Assembly: GCA_964252035.1 (NCBI GenBank)
Contig: OZ176204.1
From: Podarcis erhardii
Lineage: Eukaryota
Reading direction: 5' to 3' (one strand)
Length of the DNA stretch: 64,000 nucleotides
Shown: positions 63,422-64,000 of the stretch, one piece after another
How the letters are laid out: every line of letters starts with the position of its first letter
Position numbering within the stretch: the first letter of the stretch is position 1
Notes under the pieces: model-generated
What the model was told of the DNA's origin: nothing
What the model saw: only the letters and a program-made list of their open reading frames with translations
Databases searched by the model: none
Program-made: the position numbers and the translations under genes

Positions 63422-63476
<55 letters not shown>
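63422..63476. repeat. (AAT)n microsatellite
   Basis: Direct reading; source of the poly-Y ORF 63315-63524. Confidence 0.95.
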
Positions 63477-64000
63477 TAGAAGGGACTGTTGGATTGAGAA
63501 GGATGGAGTAGCACAGGAGAGCAAACAGGTAGGCCACTTACAAACTGAAAGCTATATGAATGGGATTAAATGAGATAGGGTATCACTGTAAACAAAATGT
63601 AAAAACCCTGTGGTCAAAATTAAGGGGTAGGAAGGAGAGGGAAGTGACACTGCCTAAGTAACCGTTCTAATGGAAGACTAATGGTAACTAAGACAAAGGC
63701 AAGCGACAACAGATATTTATATGCATCAGTATGGAAGAAGGGACAAAGGTGGATTGGGAAGGATGAAAAAGAATTGAGAACAAGGAAAGAGGTAGCAAGG
63801 CTGGGTTAAGGATAAATAAGAGACAAGGCGATTCAAAACTCTTTGTAACTTTCAGAGAACTAGCCAAAGAGTGAGGAAAAGGGCACTGGGGAAAATGATA
63901 CTATAGATTTCACATCCTCCTCCACAAGCCATGTGATTGAAGAGTGCTGGGTGAGATTCTAGTCTTAGGTTGGAAACTAAAGTTCTCAGTGAACAAGTTC

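Noticed and set aside
1-64000. CRISPR arrays, prokaryotic operons, integrated virus genes or known miRNA hairpins
   Set aside because: No regularly spaced repeat-spacer array, long ORFs or viral motifs. Seed-like hits (e.g. TAAGGCAC at 3181) do not extend to mature miRNA sequences.

Overview
Eukaryotic, repeat-rich, intron-like or intergenic DNA from a squamate reptile, most likely a lacertid lizard. This is inferred from Sauria SINEs, Bov-B LINEs and squamate-type L2, CR1 and L1 fragments. I can identify no host protein-coding gene, tRNA, rRNA or CRISPR array. Nearly all ORFs in the track are antisense or shifted readings of transposon relics or microsatellites. The recognisable coding fragments are 3'-terminal pieces of retrotransposon ORF2 (4 Bov-B, several L2, 2 L1, an RTE, CR1s and one RTE-X-like element). 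The window also holds Tc1/mariner- and hAT-like MITEs, TG...CA LTR-like elements, many microsatellites and a 133-N gap (47568-47700). The most interesting signal is three short Penelope-like inverted-repeat insertions, each with a minimal hammerhead-ribozyme motif at the inversion junction: one intact (62181-62220, minus strand), one masked by its own antisense arm (40081-40115) and one decayed (26824-26864). Penelope-associated hammerheads are a known class, so I do not claim a new system; the junction geometry is what merits checking. Other leads are unassigned exon-like units with strong splice signals (3913-3999 +, 33847-33864 +, 49978-50260 -), a composite TIR element carrying an L2 tail, and several informative insertion junctions.
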